The translations under genes were made by a program, and so were the position numbers. A DNA stretch of 57,973 nt, filler included, from Sphacelaria rigidula (Eukaryota): assembly GCA_964200075.2 (NCBI GenBank). It is 7 parts of 7 records of this genome, joined end to end, with 100 filler letters (N's around TTAATTAATTAA, not from the genome) between each part and the next. Parts side by side here need not be neighbours in the genome. Positions count along the whole stretch, not along the records: positions 24,892 to 33,087 come from CAXNAA020011949.1; positions 33,188 to 41,383 come from CAXNAA020011950.1; 5 more parts are not named here. One strand, written 5' to 3'. The notes under the pieces are model-generated. The model was not told the origin of the DNA and made no database searches. It worked only from the letters and a program-made list of their open reading frames with translations. This document shows positions 26,587 to 40,239 of the stretch, piece by piece (the first letter of the stretch is position 1; the number at the start of each line of letters is the position of its first letter).

Positions 26587-28616
26587 CTAATATATATATA
26601 TATATATATATTAGACGTATTCGACAACTCTCCGAAGCAATGCACGCAAACTTCTGCCGCTTCCTTCAAAGCTTCTCCCAATCTACACGGGCTCCGGCAT
26701 CCATCGCGTCTGGATCTTTCTCAAAGCGTACAACGTACTTATAATATCTGCTACATATTGACCGGCCAATACATTGGCACCCGCACGGGCCCGAAATATA
26801 TTGACCGGTCAGTATGTTCTTACCAATGCGACCCTAATATATAAAACTCGTGCGTTATGTCGGCGCCCACACTGCGCCCAGATATTGATGGGACAATATG
26901 TGTATAATCCCACGGTACCAATATATTCTGGGCGGGCAATATGTATGCAGTCCCACGACATCAATTTATATTGGGCGCGCAATACGTGGGCAGTCCAAGG
27001 GTACCAATATATATATATATATATTACGCCGGCAATATATCGCAAAATTCCAACATGATCAACTAATACACGTTGACAACATATTATGTTGTCCAGGGTG
27101 TAAACACTTTGCACCCCCCTTGCCCGAGGGTTCTTGGTACACTTTCGTTGGGGTGTGGGTGAGGGTGAGCGTGACGGTTAGGGTTGGAGCTATTCGAAAT
27201 CACAAATTTCCGAGAAGGTTCTTCACCCCTACCAAGTGGTAAATTAACCTCACAGATGGACTACCTCACTGTCTAGCCGTATTTCATCGATTGGTCATGA
27301 CCTTTCAGCCATAGATGACATTGATACAAGCCATGTGCTTTTTACTCTGCTCGTGGTCTATGCCGCCTGCCCAACCCCTCTTACTTTGCCAGCAGAACTC
27401 TACACTGTCTGTAGTGTTGTTGTGGATTACTATGCAGAGAGATCGGCAGCGTGCAGTAGACTGTTTTCAGTGGAGAGTGTGAGGGTGAAAGCCTGTCACG
27501 GTTTCTCCTGTACTGTTTTTTCTATGTACGCCCACCATCCACATGTTAGGTGGACAACCGTTTCTTGTGTTGCAAAATATCAGCTGTTCTGAACCCCAAA
27601 AGTGACATGGTCCGTCTGAGTCCATCTTCGGGGGGTTCACAACTGGACTTGACCAGTGTTAGTTCATTTCCGCAAAAGTATAATTCATAACCCGCGGCTT
27701 CCAGTGGAGACGGTCATGCTCCAAGGCGTAAAATATATTGAGACTAGAGAGGCAGACGTCCGTGGAGGAGATGGGTCCACATTAGCACGGCAGCATGACG
27801 CTACAATAGTGCAGGCTGAGGCGCCCAGATGGCAAAGAATGCACGTCACTACCCCAGGGGGGCGTTCTCATGTGTTGCTTGCCTTAGTCGTTTGACCTTT
27901 GGCCACGCATCCCTTTCGAGACGGAGCACTCACTACCCCAAGGAGGTAGCATTTAATACACGGATTGTATCGCGGCCTGGGAATACACGACGAAGTTGAC
28001 AATGTGTACTTCTAATCGGCAGTACAACAAAGAATGCAGTACTGACTGTACGATGCGAACCACGCTAGGCAGGGCTGGATTACCACAATCCATCCGTGAA
28101 AAATGCAACTCGCACTCTATCCTATTCCGGAACCAAGTGAAATGGCAATAAACCCCGCAAAAGAGTGATAACGCGCCTGGCGAATTAATTTCAAGATCTT
28201 CACGTGGGAGCGTTCGCGCTAAGAACTTTCGATCAATTCTGACACTACAGGAACCGCCCCTGTCCTCTTCAGACCGCCGTGGTATCCCGCTAGCCAAGTC
28301 TAGCATTGTCTAAAAGGAGGCATTGCCCCCTGCCCGGACAGATTCATAGTGGTCCTTGGTAGAAGACATCCTTCGCTTCGGCTAGGCTGCATGACCGCGT
28401 CTTGCGTGACACGGCTTATAAATCCCAAGGGCATCTGCCTCTGAAATGTGACGATCCTCGACTGGTGATTCTTTCGGGCGTTACCGACAGCGTGGACTGA
28501 TAAGCAGCTAATCTAAGTGACAGCGCTGGCAAGATCTGTGCTACCTTCGCGCGGATTTTATACCGTTTCCTTCTAGATCGCCATTAGAAAGTGAAGAATG
28601 GAAGGTTGCGTTCTGC

Positions 28617-29140
28617 AGGGTACGGGTATCTTCTGTAGGGTATACAATTCCTTACAGAACTTACAGAAATATTGGGTACCGGTATGAAAGCCTTGCAGAA
28701 ATTACGCAACTTGTCGGGTACGGTGTGGGAGGCTTACAGAAAAACCGTATCGGCAATCGGGTACTTCTAAAAGAGCATACCCGCGCTCCGGGTACGGGTA
28801 AACATGCCGTACATGAGTCAGAGAACTGTCGGATAAGGGTGTGGGAGGCTTTCAGAACTCACAGAAACTGTCGGGTAGGGTATAGAGGTTGCACAGCAAA
28901 CCATACCCGCAACCGGGTATCTCATCAAGAGCATACCCGTGCCCCCCGGTAACGGCACGGGAGGCCTACATAACTCACAGAACTATTGTGTAAGGGTATG
29001 AAAGTCTTCCGGAGTTTACAGAACTATCGGGTATACCGGTATGAAAGTCTTACAGAAGTCACAGAACTGTAAGGTACGGTAAATAGCCGGGAAAATAACC
29101 CGGGTATACAGAAAACCGTACCCAACGAAACACGACCTTC
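28617..29140 (+). repeat. Internally repetitive element (~40-nt GGGTAYGG/ACAGAACT units), copy 1
   Basis: Colinear second copy at ~29755-30237; CAGGG start suggests a hAT-like non-autonomous element. Confidence 0.75.
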
Positions 29141-30898
29141 GTATGACCATCACCCCTGTGGTGGAAACCACGTCACTACAGTGACAAACTACAGATGGCA
29201 GTTCACGAGAACTCTGAACGGCTTCACGGGGTTGATAGAGGAAGACTACACGAACACTCGCAGTAGTACGTTCGTACGGGATCGTCAACATCTATCGGCT
29301 TCACGTACACTCAACTACCAGAGAGTGCATGAAGGAGCATTGACGACTGCCCCCTCTCTGGCAGCCCTCCGGCACGACAAAATCGCCGACAACGGTCTTG
29401 ACGACTTCCGGTGGCAGCTCGTACTATTTCCTGTGCATGTCGATAATGATCGTGGGTTTGACGACCACCCGAGTCTGGGGGTGATCCACCCTGATGGTCT
29501 GCAGTGCTGCTCATGTTTCGTCTTTCCACTCAGCACTACCTCGTATCCCGTCAGATTCCAAACTAAAAGAACTTTCCAACATTGTTTGTTGGTGTGCAGT
29601 ATTGGATCAAGGAGTAGGGTGGGTTGATCGATGGGAGGTGCGTGTTCAGGTAATGAGCTTGTGTTTGGGTTGAACCTATCTATATCCATACCTCCCCAAC
29701 GTATATACCTGTGCTCGCACCTGAAATCGGGTATATCTAAAACGGTATACCGTAACCCCGCGTAGGGGTATGGGAGGCTTACAGAGATCACAGAACTGTC
29801 GGGTACCGGTACTGGATAAAAGTCGTTCAGAAATTACACAACTTGTCGGGTACGGTGTGGAAGGCTTACAGAACCGTACCGGCAATCGGGTACTTCTTCA
29901 AGAGCATACCCGCGCTCCGGGTACGGGTGAACATTCCGTATATAACTCACAGAACTGTCGGGTAAGGATATGGGAAGTTTACAGAACTCACAGAAAGTGC
30001 CGGGTGGGGTGTAGAGGTTGCACAGAAACCGTACCCACGCCCCCCGGTAACGGGACGGGAGGCTTACAAAACTCACGGAACTATCGGGTAAGGGTATGAA
30101 AGTCTTGCAAAGACAATACAACTGTCGGGTACCGGTATGGAAGTTTTACGGAGTTTACAGGACTGTCGCGTATGGTAAATACCGGGGAAAATACCCCGGG
30201 TATACAGAAAGCCGTTCCCTATAGAACACAGCCTTGGAAGGTCTCGGAAATCTTCTGCATCATGCATAGTCAAGACGCGCAGCGCAGTAAACACCTTGGA
30301 TCGCCAAATGTGCTGCGTTAACGCCTATCCGCGGCTTTAAGCCGCATATACGTGAAGTTTCGATACGTCGGACGATCACGAGTATGACTCGTGGCAACTC
30401 GCACTCGTTGGGCTGCTCGTTGTCCGTTGTTGGAGGTCCTCGAGCGCTCGAGTCATTCCTCGTTGTGGAAAAATTATGAGGGCGAGTACTCGAGTCATGG
30501 TCGTTTGAAAAAACAGCAACTAGTGGACTCGTTTCGACGAGTAATGACTCGTCCGACGTGTGGAAGTTTCAGCATCATCACACGCCGGTTGCGCTGTGTT
30601 TGGGGGCCTGATCTCCCAAAATACCGCCTACATATTATTGAAAACACTCTTAATGTACAACTACGAGATTTGTATGCAAGAGACCCATGGATCAGATGTG
30701 ACTTGGAGACCGCGGCGGAGGAAGAACTAGAGATGTGCTCCGCTCCGTCCACTCCAGATATCCGCTCCGTTTGAAAACAAATCCGCGGATAAATCCGTTT
30801 ATCCGGATAACGTGTGACGTGGGAAATTCGAAATTCGGCCACTCCTGCAGCCCACAATCCGGATAAAGGCATTCCAAAAGCCCCACCGAGCCTCAACT

Positions 30899-31208
30899 CC
30901 CGTGGCCACCATCCAGGATAATCGTGTTGTAGGCGTTCCCGCTAGAGCCTAGTAGAGGTATACCTCTAGCCTATATATACCCCCCTATAAGAAGTAATAG
31001 ATATCTATTAAGTTAAATACATAAGATGTACTAGATAACTATTTAATAATTATCCCGTGGCCACCATCCAGGGTAATCGTGTTATAGGCGTTCCCGCTAG
31101 AGCCTAGTATAGGTATACCCCTAGCCTATATATACCCCCCTATAAGAAGTAATAGATATTTACTAAATTGAATACATAAGAAGTAATAGATACTTATTTA
31201 ATAATTAT
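30899..31208 (+). repeat. Tandem duplication, 2 x ~155 bp
   Basis: CCCGTGGCCACCATCCAGG...ATTTAATAATTAT occurs twice; downstream 31340-31435 is related (reverse) to 6325-6410. Confidence 0.9.
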
Positions 31209-34200
31209 ATGAATATTAAGATTGGGTTGGAGTTTCAATTATTGTTTTTTGAGCAAGGGGAAAACAATAGTAGAATATAATAAAATAAAAATTAATGCTC
31301 ATCAATTACTTAATTGGACATACAAAATATAATATATTATAATTAATTAACTAATGTTTGCTTGAGGATGGAATGGGAATGTTTGTTGGAATGGGAACTG
31401 ATTTTCATGTTTTGGACAAGGAGAAAACAATATGCCATACAGTGCGCCATATATTTGACGCTTGTATATTGCTTACGCAAAGGGAACAAGAGGTATGTCA
31501 GACATTTTTCACCGAGGTGAAGTTTTGACGCGATGAGCGACGCTGAGGCACCTTCATCCCCGGCGGAGTTACTGCAAAATAATTAGCGCAATAATGGTAG
31601 AGAATATCGGATCAGGATCGGCACGTGCTTCTCGTAACGAATGGGGGGTGGGAGGTAGCTAGCGGGTGGCGTGAAATTTATTTTTCATCCCGTGTGGCGA
31701 GTGCTTACAGCTATACACATCAATATCCTACGCAGGGATATCAAGGGCCTCTACTACAGAAACCATATGGGGCCTCGTGGAGGGGCATTTCGGAACTGAA
31801 ACGATTCATTCACTAATTGACCGCTTTTCACTCTCAAGCGTATCTCAATCTCACGAAAACATCGTAATTTGCCGTGGAAAAGGCGTTCATTCTTGCACAT
31901 CGCTAGTACAATGCGTGGGTAACGACGACAACCTTTCTCAGTTCAATCTTCATTCGATTCGTGCATCTGGCTCGTGATACGTGACCCAGGGCTCCATTGC
32001 CCCTTTTAGGCATGCGCAGCATGCATGTGGGGAGATTTGAGGATTGTTCATCGCTCGTTTTCCTCGAAATCCGTCTGCAAATAGGATATCCGGATACGAC
32101 TGCCCGAAATCCGAAATCTGCTCCGTTTGAAAAATTCAATCGGAGCACAACTCTAGAAAAAATACGACACAAATCATGGGGTTTGAGTGAGTTTCTGGGC
32201 AAACAAGAGGCCGGCCATTTCTACTTTTATTTTTCATCTTTGTTTTCCCGTGTTCTTGCCTCTTTTTTTCCTTGTTTTATTTATTTTTTCTCCTTATTCT
32301 GCTGTCTGTTGTACTTTTCTGTTTTCTACAACACCCTTCTTCAGGTAGTGCTCCCATTTTGTTCTTGTCTCGGGTACGCCAATCATGTGACCACGGCTGG
32401 ATCCCTGAGGGATCAGTTACAGTACAGTGCGACGATCTAATAATATCAATCAATCTACGAGCCTACAACCGAGGAAGCCTTCCCCTACTTCAAGGCTTAC
32501 CTGTGAAGACTTCGTGAGCCCGCAGGAGCAGGAGTGATGATAATGTTCCGAAACTAGTTTTGATGTGGCCAAAGTGACACGTATCCAAAGAAGCACTACG
32601 CAATACCGATGTGAAAGAGACCGGGGGTGTGACGCCCTGTTGCCTCAAAAACCTGATACTCCAATGTATGATCGTCGACATATAACAATGGACACAATAA
32701 CAGAGAAGTGTTGCGCCCCGTGTAGTGTCACGTTGTTCACCACCGCCTTCATGACAAGACGCAACGGCGTCAAACAAGTGAGCACAATACTAAACCACGA
32801 TGACTTTGAATCAAAGCTGTATTGGGTCTCTGAAACTATGTGTTTGACGAAACTGGGTCAAATTTCACGCTGTATAGCGCACGGACCAGCAATGTATACC
32901 TCACCCAGAGCAACTCAGACATGTGTCCGTCTCTGTACAAGCCAAAAGGTCATTTTCCAATTTGGCGTCCTTTACTCCGGGGATTTTTTTTGGGAAATGG
33001 CCTAGAAAAGGTATACCTTCTCGTGTTTTGCTCAAGAAAGGTACGAAAAATGGTCAGAATCGCGAAAACAGCCAAACACGCCATTTTNNNNNNNNNNNNN
33101 NNNNNNNNNNNNNNNNNNNNNNNNNNNNNNNTTAATTAATTAANNNNNNNNNNNNNNNNNNNNNNNNNNNNNNNNNNNNNNNNNNNNTCTAGAATCGTTA
33201 GGAGCCCCTGAACCAGACAAAAATTCGCGAAAAAAGTGCACCCCTACCGTAGCGTTGCTCTGTACGTCACATAAGCATGTAGATGTCGGGGTCGGCTGTC
33301 CACAATATCAGGGTGCTTGAATCAGTGGACCTGAGGGAGGTCACAACAAATCGAATCTAGACGACCACGTCGAAAGCTTGCTGTTTTTTTCTTGAAAAAT
33401 AAGCATTCAGAAGAGGGGTCTAGATTCGATTAACTACACAGGCCAGAAAAGGGGTACTACAAAAGTATTTCACAGTTTTCTGTCTGTCGTCATCGTTGGG
33501 GTCGGTGCTTACGAATACAGAGTAGCTTCTGAGCTATTACGGGGTTGGGGCTGCCGGACTGGAAGTTACGCCGGCGACAATACTGTTCCGGGAGGTGGGG
33601 TCGCGCCCAGATGACCAATACGTACGGTGACTTCGAAGAGTTCCTTGCATCTCCGGTCCAATGTAGATCAGATATGCATTCGCGAGTAATTCCATGATAG
33701 GGTTGATATTTGATTGCATTCGTCATCATTGTGCGTCTTGATGAGGGTGAAAACGCTGTCGACGGGGGTGATGGAGTATTTGTATTGTACTATGAGGGCA
33801 AGCGTTCAATTTCCACTCGCGTACACTCGCAGTGACACCTGGGAGTGACTCGCCCCTTCGTGAAGGAAGCGACGCACTACAGCACCCTTTCTCGAACCGT
33901 AGGGTTACTCTCGCACATCAAACGTATACCACATGGACTCTCAGTAATGATACACATGGGGTTCACAGAAAAATGACTTCTCTTACACTGCTTCGCATTC
34001 TACAGGTAAAGAAAAGGTTCCGAACGAGCGTGAAATAAAACGGTACATCATAGCGATCAAGGTGACACAATAAAGGAGTCGTATACATTTCACGCCGCGC
34101 TCTACTGTCTCCCAATGCTGTTGTAGAGCGACGACAGGAACTGCGTTAATAAAAACTCGCACTACTACTACTATTGATAGTTTACCGGCTGTTGTAAGAA

Positions 34201-37033
34201 GTAAATTTGTCCCCCCCGCTCCTCCCCTTCCCCCCGGTACGAACACCTAGCACAACACAAGCCTGAACGCCAGATCCAAAGCTCCAAGCAGCAAGCTTAC
34301 ACGAACGCACACCAAGGTGCAAATAACTCACCACAACCTCGGGAAACACTGGACACGACAAGACGGTTTTTGTGAACACGTGCGAGTAACGCTCGTGTCC
34401 CAATGTGCCAAGATGAACGGAGCGCAAGGCATCAAACAACGGAATCGAGGACGCGGCACCCCAACCCGACAAGGGTACGACGAAGACACTAACACCCTCC
34501 GATAAGGAACAGCACCGCCTCAAGCGCAAGAGAGTGTATCAGCCAGACAGGGACAAAGCACACACTTGCCTGTTTCCGGGTGCCTGAGTGCCACGCCGTA
34601 TTGCCGAATTGATGGTGCTGTCCTGTTGTCCCTCCCTCACACAACGGACGTACGAATACACTTTCACAGTACACACTACGAGTTATGTCCGTTTCCCATA
34701 CCACCCACATCCAGTAGAAAGACAAAAAAGAAGCTGAAGCTCGAATCGAAGTCTGTCTTCTGGTGGTCGACACATCAGAGCACATCCATCGCTCCAATCC
34801 AGTCCACAAGCATCGGTCACTACTGTACCTTTTTCAAAACTCTCAACAATTTCTCTAATGAACTTGATCTTAATCGATGACACCATCGTCGAGAATAATA
34901 AAACTGCCGGGCGTGTGGTACGCACGCAATCGGCAGGGAAAAAGCATGTAAAATGTTTCAACAGCACACGTCGACAGTCACCAGTGCGCTGTCTTTAACC
35001 GGAGAGCTCAGCCTGCGTTGGCAAGCGACCCAGCACTCGACACACCTTCACTGAACGTCCCCCCTCCCCTCGCCTCGACTTTGTAGGGATAGGGGGTCAA
35101 TGGCCTTACGACTGCGGCATGCAAGATCATAAGTACCCCCTCCTCTCCCCTCCGCAATATCCATCCGCAGGATACACACACATACACAGCCGCACCCTCC
35201 CCACCCGCCGGCCGGCATCAAGAACACCTTCGATGCACATATTTGGCACATCCACCGATGAAGGACAAGAAAATCATTGCTACAGTTTGTTCACTCATGC
35301 ACACACGAATATTTTGGAGAAAAGAAAAGAAAAAAAGAAATGAGACAAAACAACGAATCGAAAATGACACTCACTGGCTTGGTTGGAGCTGAAAAAAAAC
35401 TCTCGACACCAAAAAACAACGCAACACGAAAAAAAAAAAAAGCCAAGTGCGTATATGCGTGCGAACATGAGCTTCCCTCCGCCTCCACCGACTTGTCCTC
35501 TTCTCATGTAAGACACACATCCTGAACCTGGATCAACGCTTTCGATACAATAATCTTCATCCGCCGCCCTCCTCATCCAGGCACAGTCTCACAGAAATGT
35601 CTTTCTCTTCGATCAAAATCAATCGCCACGGTTGCAATATATCAAGGCACGGTAGATACGTAGTATATGACACACACACGGGGCAACACGAAAAACACCA
35701 CACCAAAAGGGTAACTAAATGCCACGTATCAGGCACTACCTGAACACACTTCGGCGAAAAACAGAATAGATGTATATATGTATATATACATATATTTATG
35801 TATAACATGCGTTGGCCAATCAAGAGGCCGGATCCTGACCATATATATATATATATATATACCTACTGTAGTCGTGCACACAGATATATTTATATTCCCT
35901 AAAAACTGAAAAACACGAAACACTTCACATTTACCCCCCACCGCAACCTACCCCACCCCACGCCCCCAACCATTTGCAAGATAATCAGTAGCCTTCAGGC
36001 CGCACAATCTTGGCAGGGTACCGATCACCCCTCACGAGACTCGCCGAACACATCACGGCGCTTCGCGCTTGGTGACTGCGAGCCTGGTCCGGCGAAAACC
36101 CGGCGTACTCCGTCCCTGCTTAGTAGGGATGCGGGGTCAATCGTCTCATGATTATGACTGCGACATGCAATATCATGAGTACACCCTCTCTCTCTAACCC
36201 AAATACATCACAACGGGGCTTCCCCGAAGCCAAGGAACACCTTAAGTTCCCCGTTGTAATCAGCCGTAACCACAGCTCTGATGCCTCCCACAGACCCCCC
36301 GCTCGACTCAACGCACCCCCAGGAGCTCCCGTTTCCACTTGTCCCAGTGCTGCCGGTAGTTCTCTCCGTGCCTTCATCGCTCCCTGGGGTTGTATCAGTC
36401 GGCAGCTGAGATGAAGCGGCCCAATGCGAAGCGCGTGGTGACTGGGTAGACGCGCCCGGCGATCGACCGTCGGGGGTGGTATTACACTTGCATTTCTGCC
36501 CCCTGCCGGGGACGGGCGACAGCGAAAACCTTCCCTGAGACCCATATTTCCCCCCAGAAAATCTGCACGCTAACGACTGCTCTCCGACGTTTCAAATGCG
36601 TACGACGCGAGAAGAAGAAAAAAGGTTTCCAACGAAACAAGCGACAGACAGGTAAGAGAAGGGCTGATGAGAAACAAACGATCACAACAGCGGTCGTCAC
36701 GGAAAAAGCGATAATGTTCTGCTTGTATTCTCACGACGCGTTGGGTTATTTCATCTAGCCCCCTATCCATGACAATTTTTGTTCCAATTTTGCAGCAACA
36801 GTTAGTAACACCGACCTTCTCCCGACTTCCCACGCACCACGGTCATCACACGCGTCTTCGTACAGCTTTTGGTTCCCGCCGACCACCTTTTCCCCCACCC
36901 GAGATCACCTGGACACGCAGGGCAAGCCTTCCCTGGCGAATATTGACTGCATAACCAGCCCTCACCGAACAAGAGCTCGCAGTAGCCACCGCATTCCAAA
37001 AGGCGGAACCAAAACTCTGGCCAACAACCGACC

Positions 37034-37075
<42 letters not shown>

Positions 37076-37077
<2 letters not shown>

Positions 37078-37708
37078 TGTGCGACGACGACCGCGGCTGC
37101 GATTGCCAAGACTTGGTGCTACTACCGCCGCCGCCGCCCAACCCGGCAAGCCGCGCCTGCACCGTAAACGACCACCTCCTCCTCCTGAGTCGTAACGTGG
37201 GGTCACCCTCATCCCCGACAATCGCGGCCGCAGCTTTCCCAAACGTGTCGGCGGCCACAGGCGCGGACGACCTCCTCAACCGGCTGCCCCTCCACCCCCG
37301 ACTCCCCTTAACAATTCCCTCTTTCGGAACACAATCCCCTCCCGCCGCCGCGGTGGCGGTGGCGGCGGCGCTCCCGCTCCCTGGAAACACGCCTCCGTCC
37401 GTCCTTCCCACACCCCTCTCCGACACGTCACAATCCAACCCGTCCCACCTTTCCAACACCAAGTGAAGCGCGGAGGCGGGGACGAACGAAGCGACCGTCG
37501 CTACTTTCGGCCGCACGGAGCACTGCACGCTGAAAGACGACGACGATCGCGACTTTACACGCCCTTGCGGAGTTGCTGCTGCAGCGGAGGCGGCAGCAGC
37601 AGCTGCCGCAGCCTCGCTTGGCCCTGCCCCTACGGCGGACCCACACTTGGTCAACGAGTGACCGCTGGGACGTCGGCCTGGCCCGTGCTTAGAGTTCCAT
37701 ATGTACAC
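37076..37708 (-). CDS. Putative 633-nt internal exon of an unidentified low-complexity (A/G/S-rich) protein
   Basis: Open for 211 codons (VYIWNSKHG...SALHLVLERWDGLD...PRSSSHK), acceptor CTCTCCTCCATACCGTACCAG|, donor AAG|GTGTGT, GC-rich with poly-Ala/Gly runs. No domain recognised. Confidence 0.5.
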
Positions 37709-38222
37709 CTGGTACGGTATGGAGGAGAGTGAATTGCACGAATCGTGGATACATACATGTAGCGGACACAGAAGGATTACAACACTGAGATGTTGCCTCG
37801 GAGTTCCCTTGTGAACGTCTGATACGGGTTTGCGCCAGGAAGCAACGGCGGCGCAAAGCACACACACACACACACACACACACCAGAAGAGGTCAAGGGT
37901 GAGGGGATACGATTGCGTTGGGTATTACTTCGCGGACAGGCGAAAAATACTTACTCCCTTTCATATGTACAGCAAATGCGTACGAATCAGGTCAGGAGGC
38001 CTTGTTCTGCGGCGGCTTTGACATTAAATGAAGAATACTCTGCAGCCATCCATCAATCGTCACAATTGTTTGCCGAAAGTAGCTACACACATATAACAAT
38101 ACAACAGTACACACGCTGTTTTTTTGTTTTTTAATTCTCCCGTTCTGTTTTTTTCTCCATTAAAAAAGGCCGGGCGAGGGCGAGGGCGAGGGCACGTGGC
38201 ACACATGAATGGCACCATTACA

Positions 38223-38467
38223 ACAGGGTTGGACGAATTCATGATACGTCTGGAAATTACTTCATTTCAGTCTACTTGATTCGTACCGTGCGAATCAATC
38301 CTCAGGCTTTGTTTTCAGCGTTGCAGCCCAGGGACGCGCTCCCCAGACACGTGCAATGACGCAAAAATCGCGTGGAGACTCTTCTAACCAGCGGGCAACT
38401 TTTTCCTCTCTTTCGAGTAATCAGATCTTCAAAATCGTAGATTTGGTGATTTGAACCGACGATAGTG
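38223..38467 (+). mobile_element. ~240-bp hAT-like MITE family
   Basis: Homologous to 1948-2211, 10714-10941 and 8298-8372 (partial); termini AGGGTYGGRCRAAT / GATTCGTCC...CGTG; near-TSD CCATTACA/CCATTACT at this copy. Confidence 0.8.
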
Positions 38468-38478
38468 CCATTACTCAA

Positions 38479-38575
38479 CCCTTAGACCGCGAGGTTAGTC
38501 TTTCTGGATCATGCATACTTGTTTCACTTGAAATTGATGCCGATTCAACAGAAGACTACCCTCGCGGTCTAAGGG
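38479..38575. mobile_element. ~97-bp piggyBac-like mini-MITE
   Basis: CCCTTAGACCGCGAGG ... CCTCGCGGTCTAAGGG|TTAA; copies at 47664-47761 and 51881-51978 in the opposite orientation. Confidence 0.8.
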
Positions 38576-39815
38576 TTAACACAAGTTCAGCGGATCGGGC
38601 TTAGGGAAGTGATTTCCATCATTCTGGTAGCACCCCGCACTGTTATGGGGGTGATTGGGGCCTGATTTTGGGCACTATATACCTGGAAAATAGACCGACC
38701 AACTCCACAGTCAGTTGGGTGCAGAAGAAATGAAACCTAAATGAGTCAATCAGTATCTATCACAAGTACACGCGTCACTCGAAATGACGACGACGCTCAT
38801 ACAAAATGTACTATTGCTATACTACATTCTGCAACACACCTGTGACTGACGTTGCTGAACACCTGTACACGGGGTTACAACAACAGGAGGATAGAAGCTG
38901 CTGCTCGTGTGTTGTTGTACCCCTCTTGTTGCAGTATGTTGTTGTGCTTATCTTTCAGCTCTATTTTCTCGGCAACGAGGCAGGGGATTGGACTGCGGTT
39001 TGATGCGTGCGCTTCCCATACACCGGAACTATTCAATGTGGCAACAGGTTTCCGTACGCGTGCCGCGGGGCCTGCAGCACTTCGCAAACCGCTGCACCAA
39101 ACACAAAATGTTGAAAAACGCGTTTCCTGCAACGGTCTAGGGCTTCTCGGATCCCCTGTGGCGAATGGAGCAAATCCGCTTGCGGTGCTGTATAGATCTA
39201 GTGAGTGTGCAGGGGGCTGTGAAGTTCCAGAGGCCGCTGTATTTCCTGTCTCGAGATAATTGCGATGAAAACAGTTACATCTGTCCCATACCAAACCTAG
39301 GTAACTTGGGATGGAGCATGTGCTATTTTCGGCAGAGGTTCGGCACAGGCCCGACCAGTCTGTGACGTCTTCAATACGTCTCCAATATTCGTCCGCATTC
39401 ATTTTTTTCTTGTGGGAACCGGATTTTTGGTCGGTAAGGCCTTCATTCACCCCCATAACTGTAGAGGATCGCACTATGCCGGGACCCGCGCCCGGTAACG
39501 AGACGCCGACGTGAAAAGCCAACGCGCGCGCACTATGCCACCATTATTTTCGTACCGAATTTTCAACACACATCCGGACACGCATCCACCCGCCCGAAAG
39601 ACGCCAAATCTTTTCCACAGACGTCTTAGAAAGACATCATGGGATAGATACGTCGGCCTCTGTGCTCGTGTCAAGACCCTTGCCCGTGCTTTGAACCGCC
39701 GCTTGCAACATCATCTCTTGATTTAACCCTTTCGATGCGAGCAGGAGGTCAAGCAGGGATCTTCAACTGCAGGACCATCGGTGAATGCAAACCAAGTCAC
39801 GCGAAGAAAAAAATT

Positions 39816-40046
39816 AAGGCTTTGTACGTTACACTCGTTACGTTCACGTTTCACGTCAGAATCCGTCAAAAGTTAAGCCAGGCCGGTACTACGGTGGGGG
39901 ACGGGGACCACGTGGGAAGCCCTGTTCAAAAGTCAAGTCAAATCGGGGCTCCCCACGTGGTCCCCCACCGTGGTAGCAGCCTCGCCTAACTTTTGACGGC
40001 TTTTGACGTGAAACGTGAACATAGCAAGTATAACGTGCAAAGCCTT
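39816..40046. mobile_element. ~230-bp foldback MITE
   Basis: Nearly the whole element is self-complementary (AAGGCTTTGTACGTTACACT...AGTATAACGTGCAAAGCCTT; GGGGACCACGTGGG/CCCACGTGGTCCCC). Confidence 0.8.
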
Positions 40047-40239
40047 GACAAAAATAAAACTGCGCAGTCAGCACACACACACACACACACGGGACACATT
40101 TACGTCGTCTCACTCCGTCAAGGGGTCGTACCGTAGGACAAGCACGGTGTATGTAACTGATCGTTGAGTACCACCCCCTTCGAATAAAACCCATAGAAGA
40201 TATAATTTCGGTTATTTTAAGCACCCAGGAATCAACAAT

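Noticed and set aside
28617..30237. CRISPR-like repeat/spacer appearance (also 22405-22487)
   Set aside because: Units are degenerate and contiguous with no unique spacers and no cas genes; the context is eukaryotic.
16424..33260. Inward-facing ~70-bp inverted repeats suggesting a 16.8-kb giant transposon
   Set aside because: Both match the same end of the small MITE at 6487-6767, both abut assembly gaps, and there is no TSD; more simply two separate copies.
38875..39522. Long ORFs (215 aa here; 14506-15153; 19425-20039)
   Set aside because: No recognisable domains or splice context; chance ORFs or antisense to real features.
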